From an uncultured Acidobacteriota bacterium (lineage in GTDB: Bacteria; Acidobacteriota; Thermoanaerobaculia; Thermoanaerobaculales; Sulfomarinibacteraceae): a stretch of DNA of 64,000 nt. Positions within the stretch are counted from its first letter, which is position 1. Every line of letters begins with the position of its first letter. A program made the position numbers and the translations under genes. Under the pieces are notes generated by a model, which saw only the letters and a program-made list of their open reading frames with translations, made no database searches and had not been told where the DNA came from. The stretch covers positions 14,040 to 78,039 of the forward strand of contig CAVWAW010000020.1 in NCBI GenBank assembly GCA_963753035.1. The letters are read 5' to 3'. Positions 21,357-30,793 of this stretch are shown piece after piece.

Positions 21357-22523
21357 TTACCGGGCGCGCGAAACCGCGGCGTCAACGGCCCCGCGAATCT
21401 GAGCTGCGACCCTCTCAGGCGCATAGTGTGCACGCCAGACTTCGGTTCCCCGGGCGGCCTGGAGTCGCGCCGAATGGGGATCATCGAGAAGCCGGGACAG
21501 CTTCTCCACCCACTCATCCTCGCTTTCGGCCACGATCACCGCCGACGGATCCTCGAGCCCGCCCGCCGACCAGGGATCGGCCACCACCGGGATCCCCGCG
21601 GCCAGGGCTTCGAGAATCTTGATTGGGACTCCCGAACCGCTGGCCATGGGCGCGATGGCCACCCTTGATCGAGCCAGGAAGGTCCCGAGGTCATCGACAT
21701 CGCCAAAAACCTCGATCCCCGGCATCGACGCGAGCCGTTGGACGGCTGCAACGGGGCGGGCGCCCGCGAGAACCAATTTCGCTGAAGGTGCCCGGTAGTG
21801 AAGCCTCGGCCAAACGCGGTCGGCAAACCACAAGGCCGCGCGGACGGTCGGCCGATACCCGAGATTCCCCGATAGGAGAACCATCGGCTCAGCGGACAAT
21901 GGATCAGCCAGCGTGACATCCGCGCCTCCGGCAACCGCAACGACCACCCCACGGGCACCCGCTCCGAGAGCCCGCAGGTCCCGCCCGCTGACCGCGGTAC
22001 TGACGGCGGAGCCGGCGACCAACTCGGTTTCCCGGCGGCGACAGCGCTCGGCCTCCCAGCGGTATGCCGGCCGGGTCAGCCCGCCCGCCGACGCAGCCGC
22101 CCTCTGATAATGGAGGGCCATGCAATCGATGGCGTCGAAAATCACCGGCAGGCCGGGGTTGGCTCCCCTGATCGCATCGGCGGCCCAGCCGCAGCGGACC
22201 ATCTGGACCACCGCCACATCGGGCTGCCAGTGGCGCACGGCGTCAGCTACGAGTTTTTTCCCCGCAGCCGATGCGTAGAGTCCCTCCTGTGCCGGCCGAC
22301 CTGCGAGGACAGCGGCGCCGGCGCCGATGGCGCTTGCGACCCCGATTTCGGGAAGGAACCGGAGTTCGACATCCCCGATGGCTTGATCAGTGACGTCACC
22401 GGTCGGCGGACAGATGAGAAGCCGCTCGTAATCCGAAAGCGCGTCGAGCCACTGGGTCGTCCGCAGCTGATTCCCCCGCCAGGGCGGCCAGGGGAATCGG
22501 CTCGAGACCAGCAGCAGTTTCAT
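21357..22523 (-). CDS. Glycosyltransferase family 4 (GT-B)
   Basis: Starts MKLLLVSSRFPWPPWRGNQLR. The C-terminal half has the GT1/GT4 E-x7-E-like region (APMASGSGVPIKILEALAAGIPVV). Confidence 0.7.
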   Translation of the reverse strand: MKLLLVSSRFPWPPWRGNQLRTTQWLDALSDYERLLICPPTGDVTDQAIGDVELRFLPEIGVASAIGAGAAVLAGRPAQEGLYASAAGKKLVADAVRHWQPDVAVVQMVRCGWAADAIRGANPGLPVIFDAIDCMALHYQRAAASAGGLTRPAYRWEAERCRRRETELVAGSAVSTAVSGRDLRALGAGARGVVVAVAGGADVTLADPLSAEPMVLLSGNLGYRPTVRAALWFADRVWPRLHYRAPSAKLVLAGARPVAAVQRLASMPGIEVFGDVDDLGTFLARSRVAIAPMASGSGVPIKILEALAAGIPVVADPWSAGGLEDPSAVIVAESEDEWVEKLSRLLDDPHSARLQAARGTEVWRAHYAPERVAAQIRGAVDAAVSRAR

Positions 22524-22530
22524 GAGTCGG

Positions 22531-23640
22531 TCAAACCGTGTAGAACTCCGCAATCGCGCCCACGACCTCTTCAATCTCCCCTTCCGTGAGTTCCGGGAAG
22601 ACCGGCAGGGCGAGGACCTCGTGGCTCGCCTGCTCGGCAACCGGACAGTCGCCCTGGCTGTAACCAAGGTCGCTGAAACACGGCTGGAGGTGGAGGGGCA
22701 GGGGATAGTACACGGCGCATCCGATCCCACGATCGACGAGATGCTGGCGAAGTTCGTCACGCCTCGGTGCTCGAATCACAAACTGGTTGAAGGTGTGACC
22801 GCGGCGCGACAGGGCGAGGGGTAAACCCAAAACCCTGTCCAGGCCCTTTTGGGTGAAGAGATCGACATACCGCATGGCATTGGCTCGCCGACCCTGGATC
22901 CAGCCCTGCACATGGGGCAGCTTAACGCGAAGCACGGCGGCCTGAATGGCATCCAGACGGAAATTGCCCCCCACCAACGGGTGGAGATACGGCCCAGACT
23001 GGCCGTGGACGCGAAGCTCGCGGAGCTTGGACGCCAGTTCGGCGTCGTTGGTGGTCACCAGACCGCCATCGCCAAACCCGCCAAGATTCTTCGAGGGGAA
23101 GAACGAGAAGGCTCCCATGAGTCCGTGCCCGCCGACATACCTACCGTCGAAATCCGCACCCCAGGCTTGCGCGCAGTCCTCGAGGATCGGCACCTCGCCT
23201 GCCGCCTCGAAGATGGCGGTGAGATCGGCCGACTGGCCGAAGAGGTGGACCGGAATGATCGCCTTGGTATTTTTCGTCATCCGGGCCCGGATCGCTTCCG
23301 GATCGATATTGAAGTCGACGGGATCGATATCGACAAAGACCGGTGTCGCGCCGAGCCGAGCCACCACTCCGGCGGTGGCGAAAAAGCTGAAAGTAGGCAG
23401 TACGACCTCGTCGCCGGGGCCGATGTCGAGAGCCATGAGCGCCACGAGAAGGGCATCGGTTCCGGACGCCACCCCAACCGCGTGTTCGACCTTGAGCCAC
23501 TTGGCCGCCGAGCGCTCGAATTGGTCGACCTCGGGGCCGAGGATGAAGTACTGACTCGCAGCGACCTCGTTGAGGGTCCTCTCCATTTCGTCGCGCAGAG
23601 GTTCGTACTGGCGTTTGAGATCGAGCAGAGGAATGGGCAT
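22531..23640 (-). CDS. DegT/DnrJ/EryC1/StrS-family sugar aminotransferase (PLP-dependent)
   Basis: 369 aa with LLDLKRQYEPLRDE..., FILGPEV..FE, ASGTDAL and a PLP-lysine region FSFFPSKNLGGFGDGG. Confidence 0.85.
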   Translation of the reverse strand: MPIPLLDLKRQYEPLRDEMERTLNEVAASQYFILGPEVDQFERSAAKWLKVEHAVGVASGTDALLVALMALDIGPGDEVVLPTFSFFATAGVVARLGATPVFVDIDPVDFNIDPEAIRARMTKNTKAIIPVHLFGQSADLTAIFEAAGEVPILEDCAQAWGADFDGRYVGGHGLMGAFSFFPSKNLGGFGDGGLVTTNDAELASKLRELRVHGQSGPYLHPLVGGNFRLDAIQAAVLRVKLPHVQGWIQGRRANAMRYVDLFTQKGLDRVLGLPLALSRRGHTFNQFVIRAPRRDELRQHLVDRGIGCAVYYPLPLHLQPCFSDLGYSQGDCPVAEQASHEVLALPVFPELTEGEIEEVVGAIAEFYTV

Positions 23641-23766
23641 GGCGAGACTCCTTGGGTCTTCTTCGTGATGACGAGCCGACCATCGAGGCGGCCCCGACAG
23701 GGTACACGAAACCGGCCGGATTGCGTCTCACTCTGTTAGAATCTCGACCCTACGCGTGAGGAGGCT

Positions 23767-25095
23767 TTGATGCATATCTGTGTGGTGGGTACGGGCTATG
23801 TGGGACTGGTCACGGGAGCGTGCCTTGCCGACTTCGGCATCAACGTGACCTGCGTTGACAAGGACGAGCGGAAGATCGACATGCTGCTCCGCGGTGAGAT
23901 GCCGATCTACGAACCTGGCCTCGACGCGTTGGTGGAGAAGAACGCCAAGGCCGGACGTCTGCACTTCACCACCGATCTCGACCCGGCCATCCGAAGCGCA
24001 CTGGCGATCTTCATTGCCGTCGGCACCCCGCCCAAAGAGGACGGTTCGGCGGATCTGTCGTATGTCATCCAGGTTGCCGAATCCATCGCCGACAATCTCG
24101 ACGGATACAAGGTCATCATCACCAAGTCCACGGTTCCCACCGGGACCGGCCAGCTCATCGAGAAGACCATTTCCGAGCGCACCACGAGCAAACACCCGTT
24201 TTCGGTGGTTTCCAACCCCGAGTTCCTTCGGGAGGGCTCGGCCATCGAGGACTTCATGCGCCCCGACCGGGTGGTGATCGGCGCCCGCGATGACCAGGCC
24301 ATCGCCATCATGAAGGACATCTACTCGCCGCTTTTTCTCCGCGACACCCCGTTCGTCATCACAAATGTCGAGTCGTCGGAGCTCATCAAGTACGCGTCCA
24401 ACGCCTTTCTCGCCACCAAGATCACCTTTATCAACGAGGTTGCCGAGCTCTGCGAACTCATCGGCGCCGATGTCCACCACGTCGCCAAGGGGATGGGGCT
24501 CGATAACCGCATCGGCCCGAAGTTCCTCCACCCCGGTCCGGGTTACGGCGGATCGTGCTTCCCCAAGGACACCCAGGCCCTGACCGAAATCGCCCGCGAG
24601 GCCGGCCGACCCTTTGACATCGTCGAATCGGTGGTGGCCGTCAACGAGCGCATGAAGATCCGCGCGGTGGACAAGGTCCGCACCGCCCTCGGCAACAGCC
24701 TCGCCGGCAAGACCGTCGCCTTGCTCGGCCTCTCGTTCAAACCCGAGACCGACGATATGCGGGAGTCCGCGTCGATCCCCATCGCCGACACGCTCGTCAA
24801 CGAGGGCGCCAGGGTACGCGCCTTCGACCCGGTGGCCATGGACAACGCCAAGACCTTTCTCCCGGCATCGGTGGAGTATTGCGAAGACTCCTACGACGCC
24901 GCCTCCGGGGCCGATGCCCTGGTCATCGTCACCGAGTGGAACCAGTTCCGCTCCCTCGATATGGAGCGGATCAAATCAGCTTTGAAAGGCAACGTCATCG
25001 TCGATCTGCGCAACGTCTGCAGCCCCGAACGCATGGCGGAGAACGGGTTCGATTACTACGGTGTAGGCAGGGCGAAAGTGGATCTGCCCGTGTAG
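23767..25095 (+). CDS. ugd: UDP-glucose 6-dehydrogenase
   Basis: ICVVGTGYVGLVTGACLA (NAD fold), NPEFLREGSA, a catalytic Cys context (GGSCFPKD) and FKPETDDMRES. Confidence 0.9.
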   Translation: MMHICVVGTGYVGLVTGACLADFGINVTCVDKDERKIDMLLRGEMPIYEPGLDALVEKNAKAGRLHFTTDLDPAIRSALAIFIAVGTPPKEDGSADLSYVIQVAESIADNLDGYKVIITKSTVPTGTGQLIEKTISERTTSKHPFSVVSNPEFLREGSAIEDFMRPDRVVIGARDDQAIAIMKDIYSPLFLRDTPFVITNVESSELIKYASNAFLATKITFINEVAELCELIGADVHHVAKGMGLDNRIGPKFLHPGPGYGGSCFPKDTQALTEIAREAGRPFDIVESVVAVNERMKIRAVDKVRTALGNSLAGKTVALLGLSFKPETDDMRESASIPIADTLVNEGARVRAFDPVAMDNAKTFLPASVEYCEDSYDAASGADALVIVTEWNQFRSLDMERIKSALKGNVIVDLRNVCSPERMAENGFDYYGVGRAKVDLPV

Positions 25096-25188
25096 TCGCG
25101 TCGAGCTCGGGATCTGAGTACCGCGTCTTTTTCTTCCGATTGAAAACACCCAACCGTCCACGTTGACCCAGACACAGGAGAGACCAAC

Positions 25189-25968
25189 ATGACCTATCGA
25201 ATCACCATGTCGCTGTTGATGGCCGCCTCGCTCGGCATCGTCGGTGCATGTACCGCAGACCACCACGAGGACGAGAACGTCCAGAACCAGAATCAGATCG
25301 AGGCGGCCACCCAGAGCCAGGCAGCCGCCGCGGGCAACACTGCCACCGGCACGGTCGTGGAGACCATCGACGCCGCCAACTACACCTATGTTCGAGTCGA
25401 TACGGGAGACGAGGAGATCTGGGCCGCAGCCACACGATTCGAAGTGGCCGTGGGCGAGGTCGTGGTGGTTCCTCTTGAAATGCCGATGCAGGATTTTCAC
25501 AGTGAGAGCCTGGACCGCACCTTCCCCGTGGTCTATTTCACCTCGCAGATCATGCGTGAGGGCGAAGGCGCCTCTCCCGCCATGCCTCCGGGCCACCCCC
25601 AGGTGACCGGCGCAATGACTTCGTCCCATGACGAATCCAGCCCTGTGGAGCCTGTCGAGCCGGCCGATGGTGGAGTCACGGTCGCCCGCGTCTGGACCGA
25701 CACCGCAAAACTCGACGGGTCCGAGATTGCCGTGCGTGGACGCGTGGTCAAATACAACGGCGGCATTCTGGGCACGAACTGGATCCATCTCCAGGACGGC
25801 ACCGGTTCGGCTGCCGAAGGATCTCACGATCTCACCGTCACCACCCTCGGCACCGCAGCGGTGGGTGATGTCGTGACCGCCACCGGCACCCTGGTCACCA
25901 ACCAGGACTTCGGCGCAGGCTACACCTACGCCGTCCTGCTCAAGGACGCCGTCTTGGTCACCGACTAG
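25189..25968 (+). CDS. Lipoprotein of unknown function with two OB-like modules and a His/acid-rich N-terminus
   Basis: Lipobox LGIVGAC followed by TADHHEDEN. One module is GTVVETIDAANYTYVRVDTGDEEIWAAA. The second is an OB-like module, ...AVRGRVVKYNGGILGTNWIHLQDG...VTATGTLV. Confidence 0.5.
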   Translation: MTYRITMSLLMAASLGIVGACTADHHEDENVQNQNQIEAATQSQAAAAGNTATGTVVETIDAANYTYVRVDTGDEEIWAAATRFEVAVGEVVVVPLEMPMQDFHSESLDRTFPVVYFTSQIMREGEGASPAMPPGHPQVTGAMTSSHDESSPVEPVEPADGGVTVARVWTDTAKLDGSEIAVRGRVVKYNGGILGTNWIHLQDGTGSAAEGSHDLTVTTLGTAAVGDVVTATGTLVTNQDFGAGYTYAVLLKDAVLVTD

Positions 25969-26161
25969 GAGCCTGCACCGCATAAAATCGGCGGCGCCTT
26001 TCGGGCGGCATTTGGCCCGCTTTTCCTCTGGAAGTGGGCGCAATCCTCGACCGTCGGAGACGGATGTGTGCGAGGATACGGCGCTGATCGGCCATCGGCC
26101 GATCAGCCGAATTATCTTGCGATTCGACCGACAGGGTGCTACTAATTGATGTGTTCTCAAC

Positions 26162-26569
26162 ATGAATGTCGTCAACTCTTGGACACTGCCGGTCGCGCTC
26201 GCGTTGATGTTGATCGTCAGCGTCCACGGAGTTGAATACGTAGCGGCCGCTCAGATGCAGCCCAGCTCAGGCTGCAACGATTGCGACTGCACAAAAGAAT
26301 GCGGCTGCCGCGGCCCCGTCAAAAGTTGCGGTTGCGGCTCCAAAGGTCTTTCTGTCAAGGCACGTTGTCAGTGCGGGTGCTCAGAACAGATCCACATCAA
26401 CGTGGCGTCTTCATCAAAGAGCACACTCGTTCCGACCTCCCCCGTGGTCGGACCCTATCTGACGTGGTCCTTTACTCCAGAGTTCGGCACCCCACTTTCG
26501 TGGCGGTTGGCCTTCGAGCACGATCACCCGCCAAAAATCCTCTCCGAACAGGTCTCCCAGACAATCTAG
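26162..26569 (+). CDS. Small signal-anchored CxC-rich (metallothionein-like) protein
   Basis: 135 aa with an N-terminal hydrophobic segment, then 10 Cys in 37 residues: CNDCDCTKECGCRGPVKSCGCGSKGLSVKARCQCGC. Local GC is visibly lower than in neighbours and there is no obvious SD. Coding status is unproven. Confidence 0.45.
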   Translation: MNVVNSWTLPVALALMLIVSVHGVEYVAAAQMQPSSGCNDCDCTKECGCRGPVKSCGCGSKGLSVKARCQCGCSEQIHINVASSSKSTLVPTSPVVGPYLTWSFTPEFGTPLSWRLAFEHDHPPKILSEQVSQTI

Positions 26570-26797
26570 CTTCGGACATCGCCAACCGCTGGCATTTGCG
26601 GTTTTCGCGGTGTTGCGGACTCGCGGTCGTTGCCGACGGCCGACGCGAGGCTGAAAGAGCTCGAATCGCGTCGTCTTTCCAACGAACTCCGCGTTCCGAC
26701 ACCGTTTCGAACCCCGCAAGGGCTCATCGTTCACCGACCGAAGAACGATAGGCCGAGCCGATTAGCGGTGATGGCAGCCATTTCGGGAGGAGTTCAA

Positions 26798-29191
26798 ATG
26801 AAGTGCGTTGAATCCGTAGTCGGAGCACGACGTCTTGTCGTGATCTCCGTGCTTGCGATCGTGTGTTCATTGTCGCCCATTTCAATCAATCTCTCCGCGG
26901 AAGAAACAACGGCGTCGGGATCCGTCACCGGCCGAGTTCTCAGTATCGACGGAGGGTCAACCGACGGCATCGCGGGGATCAACCTCAAGCTGGACGGAGG
27001 AGGAGAACAGCCGCTGCGAACCGTCAGTCAGGGCGAGGGCCGGTTCTCATTCACGGATCTGAATCCCGGATCCTACACTCTCTCAATCGAAAGCCCCGGT
27101 TTCGACGCCCAGTCGACAACCCTCGATCTCCCGGCCGGTGGTGAAATCACCCACGACATCACCCTGTCCGCCGAATTCAGGGAGTCCATCACCATCACCG
27201 CCACCCGTACCGCGAGAGCCATCAACGAGGTCCCCGCCGCGGTCTCGGTCATCGGCAGGGATGTCATCGAAAAAACACCCATGACCAACATCAAGGAGGC
27301 CATCGTCGGGACCCCGGGAGTCCTCATCGAATCCAAGAGCCAGGGCTATGACGCCCGCCTCATCATCCGCGGCGCGGGTCTCAAGGCGCGTTACGCCATC
27401 CGCGAGGTCATGGTCCTGCTCAACGGGATCCCGATCACCGACCCCGACAGCCTCACCCGGCTCGATTTCGTCGACACCCACCTTGTCGACAGGATCGAGG
27501 TGGTTCGAGGTCCGAACTCCACCCTGTGGGGAATCAACTCCACTGGGGGAGCTATCAACGTGGTCACCAAGAGCCCCTTTGACGGCCATGGTGGCAGCGC
27601 CAGATTGGACCTGGGCACCTACGGCGCCCGCAACGCCCAGCTGGGCTACACCGCTGACATCGGCGACAAGACGTTCTTCAACGTCAACTTCAGCCGACGC
27701 CAGTCCACCAACGACTGGCGCGAGTGGAACGAGTTCGACACCACCCAGTTCACCGTCCAGCCGTCGTGGATCCTCGGCAAAGGTTGGGTGTGGGAGAACT
27801 TCATCAGCTACACCGATGCCAACCTCCAGCTTCCGGGCCGGCTCGTCGTCAATGACACGTACCACGTCGATCAGTGGACACCGTATATGGAAACCGGCTA
27901 TGTGGAACGCACGGCCGAACCGTGGAAGCACAGCTCGAGAAACTCGGAGATCCTTTTCTTCGGTTCGAAGCTCGTCAAGCGCTTTGGCGATGTTCAGTTC
28001 ATGCCGATTCTCTACCTCAACAAATGGAGCCACTTCCACCCAGTGACGGCGCGGATCAACGATGCCGACACCCTGGTCGGCGGCATCGATCTCCAGGCGG
28101 ACTGGGACCACGGCTTCGGGGTGCTCACCGGCGGCGTCACCGCCCGCATCGACAACCAGGATTCCCAGGCCTACACCTACGCCGATGTTCTTCAGACCCC
28201 CAGCGGCCGAATTCTCTCGACCTTGTCGGACGAACCCGGCGAGCTCATGCAGGATCTCGAACGAGGAACATCCCTCTATGGCATCTACGCCCAGGAGTCC
28301 ATGCACTTCGGATCCCGCTGGTTGCTGGATGTGGGCGCCCGCATCGACCGCATCACCTTTGACGTCAAGGGTTACGAGTGGCTCGACTACAATTGGAGCA
28401 GCGGCAGCTATGTCGATGGTGAAGGCCCCATCGACACGGTCGAGACCTACACCGCCTTCAGTCCCAGAATCGGCGCCGTCTTCAACGCGAGTGACGCCGT
28501 CCACCTCTACGGCAACATCTCCGCCGGCGCGCAGACACCCACCTCCGACGAACTCACTCTCAACCCGGATCTCAAGCTCACAACGGTGCAGAACTATGAG
28601 ATCGGCATCAAATCGAGCTGGAGGAACTTCGCGTTTGAAACATCGGTCTACTACAGCCCGGTGTTTGACGAGGTCGTCCAGGTGATCCAACCCTTCGGCG
28701 AGACCGAGTACGTCAATGCCGGCGAGACCGAGAAGAAGGGTGTCGAGGTCGCGCTCACCTGGATGCCTGCAACCGGCCTCTCGGTCGGCGGCAGCTACAC
28801 CTACTCGGATTACACCTACAAGGAGTTCTCCGAACCGGCCTTCGGCACCAACATCGACCGCAGCGGAAACCACCTTCCCTACATTCCAGAGAGCTACTAC
28901 TCGCTCTTTGCGGCCTATGTCGACCCGACCGGGGTGTATCTACGGGCCACCGCCAACACCTGGGGCGAATACTGGATGGACAACGCCAACACCGAGAAAT
29001 ACGAGGGATATGAATTCGTGACCGACCTGACGGTCGGCTGGCAGAACCACCGCTTCGAAGTCGCCTTGATCATTCAGAACTTCTTCGACCAACGGTACGC
29101 GGTGGAGGCGCAGAAGGACCTTTACGGAGCTCTCCGCTACTCCCCGGCAGCCCCGAGATTCATCCTCGGACGTTTCGCGGTCAAGTTCTGA
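26798..29191 (+). CDS. TonB-dependent receptor with N-terminal carboxypeptidase-regulatory-like domain
   Basis: ATG 26798 follows gggagga and precedes a signal peptide. There is a CarboxypepD_reg-like segment (GSVTGRVLS...GRFSFTDLNPGSYTL), a plug domain (VSVIGRDVIEKTP...IEVVRGPNSTLWG) and a long barrel ending ...LGRFAVKF. Confidence 0.85.
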   Translation: MKCVESVVGARRLVVISVLAIVCSLSPISINLSAEETTASGSVTGRVLSIDGGSTDGIAGINLKLDGGGEQPLRTVSQGEGRFSFTDLNPGSYTLSIESPGFDAQSTTLDLPAGGEITHDITLSAEFRESITITATRTARAINEVPAAVSVIGRDVIEKTPMTNIKEAIVGTPGVLIESKSQGYDARLIIRGAGLKARYAIREVMVLLNGIPITDPDSLTRLDFVDTHLVDRIEVVRGPNSTLWGINSTGGAINVVTKSPFDGHGGSARLDLGTYGARNAQLGYTADIGDKTFFNVNFSRRQSTNDWREWNEFDTTQFTVQPSWILGKGWVWENFISYTDANLQLPGRLVVNDTYHVDQWTPYMETGYVERTAEPWKHSSRNSEILFFGSKLVKRFGDVQFMPILYLNKWSHFHPVTARINDADTLVGGIDLQADWDHGFGVLTGGVTARIDNQDSQAYTYADVLQTPSGRILSTLSDEPGELMQDLERGTSLYGIYAQESMHFGSRWLLDVGARIDRITFDVKGYEWLDYNWSSGSYVDGEGPIDTVETYTAFSPRIGAVFNASDAVHLYGNISAGAQTPTSDELTLNPDLKLTTVQNYEIGIKSSWRNFAFETSVYYSPVFDEVVQVIQPFGETEYVNAGETEKKGVEVALTWMPATGLSVGGSYTYSDYTYKEFSEPAFGTNIDRSGNHLPYIPESYYSLFAAYVDPTGVYLRATANTWGEYWMDNANTEKYEGYEFVTDLTVGWQNHRFEVALIIQNFFDQRYAVEAQKDLYGALRYSPAAPRFILGRFAVKF

Positions 29192-29209
29192 TCAAAATGG
29201 AGTGAACCG

Positions 29210-29695
29210 ATGAAAAAGTTACTGGTTTTCATTTTCGCCGCCACCCTCTCGGTCGGAGCCGCGTGGTACCGGCACGGGGACTCCGCCCACGCCATGGGGA
29301 TGGTCTCCATCAAGGGAGGACGAGCCCTTCATCCCGTCCACCTGCCTATCGGAAAGGAGCGCTACACCCTGGTGATCACCGGCACCGTCATCCCACCATA
29401 CCGAGGCGATACAAAAGTGACGGTCGATGGTGGCGAACCGATCCCGTTCATCGTCCGCGGTTCAGACCCCATCATCGATCTCGCCCTGCGCCACCGCCCG
29501 TACTTCGAGGACGGGACCCTGACCGGGCTTCAACCGCGAGACCGATTCACCATCTGGGTGGTCATGGACCCGGACGAGCCCATGCCCGCCGGCAAACGCG
29601 ATGTCACGTTCACCGACACAGCCACGAACAAACCGGTGCTCAGGATCCCCGTGATCTTCGGAGGAGGCGGGGAGGGTCAACACCATGACCACTGA
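29210..29695 (+). CDS. Secreted hypothetical protein with C-terminal His-rich tail
   Basis: Signal peptide MKKLLVFIFAATLSVGAA, a beta-rich body and the tail GGGGEGQHHDH. It overlaps the next gene by 11 nt. Confidence 0.5.
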   Translation: MKKLLVFIFAATLSVGAAWYRHGDSAHAMGMVSIKGGRALHPVHLPIGKERYTLVITGTVIPPYRGDTKVTVDGGEPIPFIVRGSDPIIDLALRHRPYFEDGTLTGLQPRDRFTIWVVMDPDEPMPAGKRDVTFTDTATNKPVLRIPVIFGGGGEGQHHDH

Positions 29696-30527
29696 AACCT
29701 ACGGCGCGACGGCCGTTTCGTTCTGGTCCAAACACCGAACCCTGATCCTCATCTCCGGCATCGTGCTCTTCCTGCCACCGCTGGCGGCCATCGTCCAGCT
29801 GACCGGAGATACGAACTTCTGCGGCCGATGGTGTCCACGGATGTTCTTCGCGTGGCGGGAGGGCCAGTCCATGAGCGCATTTCTCATGGGCTTTGTCCGC
29901 GCCTACATGGGTGTCGCCCTGGTGGCGGCAATCCTCGTCACCACGCTGGCTTTCGGCCGCTACTGGTGCAGCCATCTGTGCCCGGTGGCCTCACCCCTCG
30001 AACTCGGGAGCCGGCTGATTCCGAACAAATTCAAGCTCAATTTTTCAGCAACCCCGGCGCCGTCGTTTCGGTACGGTTATCTGCTCATCTATCTCATCGC
30101 CCCGGCCATCGGGATCGGTTCTCTGTGTTGCAACTACTGCAATTTCGCTGCGGTGCCAAGGCTCTTCGCCGCACCGTTCTCCGAGGGTGATCTCATCTAC
30201 TTCCTGAGATTCCAGGGGGTCGTCAACTTCGGTCTCCTGCTCTTCCTCGGGATCTTCGCCAAGGGCGGCCGCGCATACTGCAACCTGCTCTGTCCGGTGG
30301 GAGCGCTGGATGCGCTCTCGAACAAGATCGGGGCACGATTCGGGCGCCGAATCCGCATCGACCATGATGCGTGCACCAACTGCGGCGACTGCTCGGTGGT
30401 CTGCCCGACCTGGGCCATCGATGTCACCGATCTCACCACCATCAACCAGCTTTCCTGCATGCCGTGCCGGCAGTGCCAGGATGTCTGCCAACACGGAGCG
30501 ATTTATTATGGCAAGCCGGCGGCTTAG
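29685..30527 (+). CDS. NapH/MauN/YccM-type membrane polyferredoxin
   Basis: Multi-pass membrane protein with three CX3CP motifs (CGRWCP, CSHLCP, CNLLCP) and two C-terminal 4Fe-4S motifs (CTNCGDCSVVCP, CMPCRQCQDVC). Confidence 0.75.
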   Translation: MTTETYGATAVSFWSKHRTLILISGIVLFLPPLAAIVQLTGDTNFCGRWCPRMFFAWREGQSMSAFLMGFVRAYMGVALVAAILVTTLAFGRYWCSHLCPVASPLELGSRLIPNKFKLNFSATPAPSFRYGYLLIYLIAPAIGIGSLCCNYCNFAAVPRLFAAPFSEGDLIYFLRFQGVVNFGLLLFLGIFAKGGRAYCNLLCPVGALDALSNKIGARFGRRIRIDHDACTNCGDCSVVCPTWAIDVTDLTTINQLSCMPCRQCQDVCQHGAIYYGKPAA

Positions 30528-30753
30528 TCTCGTTGCCGGCGTCATGGGCGTTTCGGCGGGGCTCGCGCCCTATCTGCCGACCGTCATCTGTCCGGGGGGG
30601 GCCTGCACCTCGTGCTTCGCATGTGTCGGCGCCGGCGGCGCCGCGGCGTCAGCGCTGGTTGTCGGACTCATCTCACGGAAGTTCGGTAAGCCCTCCTCGA
30701 GCAAAGACGAACCGGTGACCGCCAACATCAAAGGAGGATCTTCCGAAGGCTGA
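30508..30753 (+). CDS. 81-aa Tat-signal-like miniprotein with CX4CX2CX2C motif and C-terminal hydrophobic segment
   Basis: MASRRLSLVAGVMGVSAGLAP (SRRxSL), then VICPGGACTSCFACVGAGGAAASALVVGLI and a polar tail. ggag lies 9 nt upstream of the ATG. It overlaps the preceding gene by 20 nt. Confidence 0.4.
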   Translation: MASRRLSLVAGVMGVSAGLAPYLPTVICPGGACTSCFACVGAGGAAASALVVGLISRKFGKPSSSKDEPVTANIKGGSSEG

Positions 30754-30793
30754 CCCAATCTGAACACCGCTCGCGCGCGACCTCAGCGACGCG

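Noticed and set aside
26570-26797. Cobalamin or other riboswitch in the 228-nt leader of the TonB-dependent receptor.
   Set aside because: By eye I could not find the B12-box (GCCACTG-like) or any other conserved riboswitch core. A cmscan against Rfam would settle it. Not reported as a feature.
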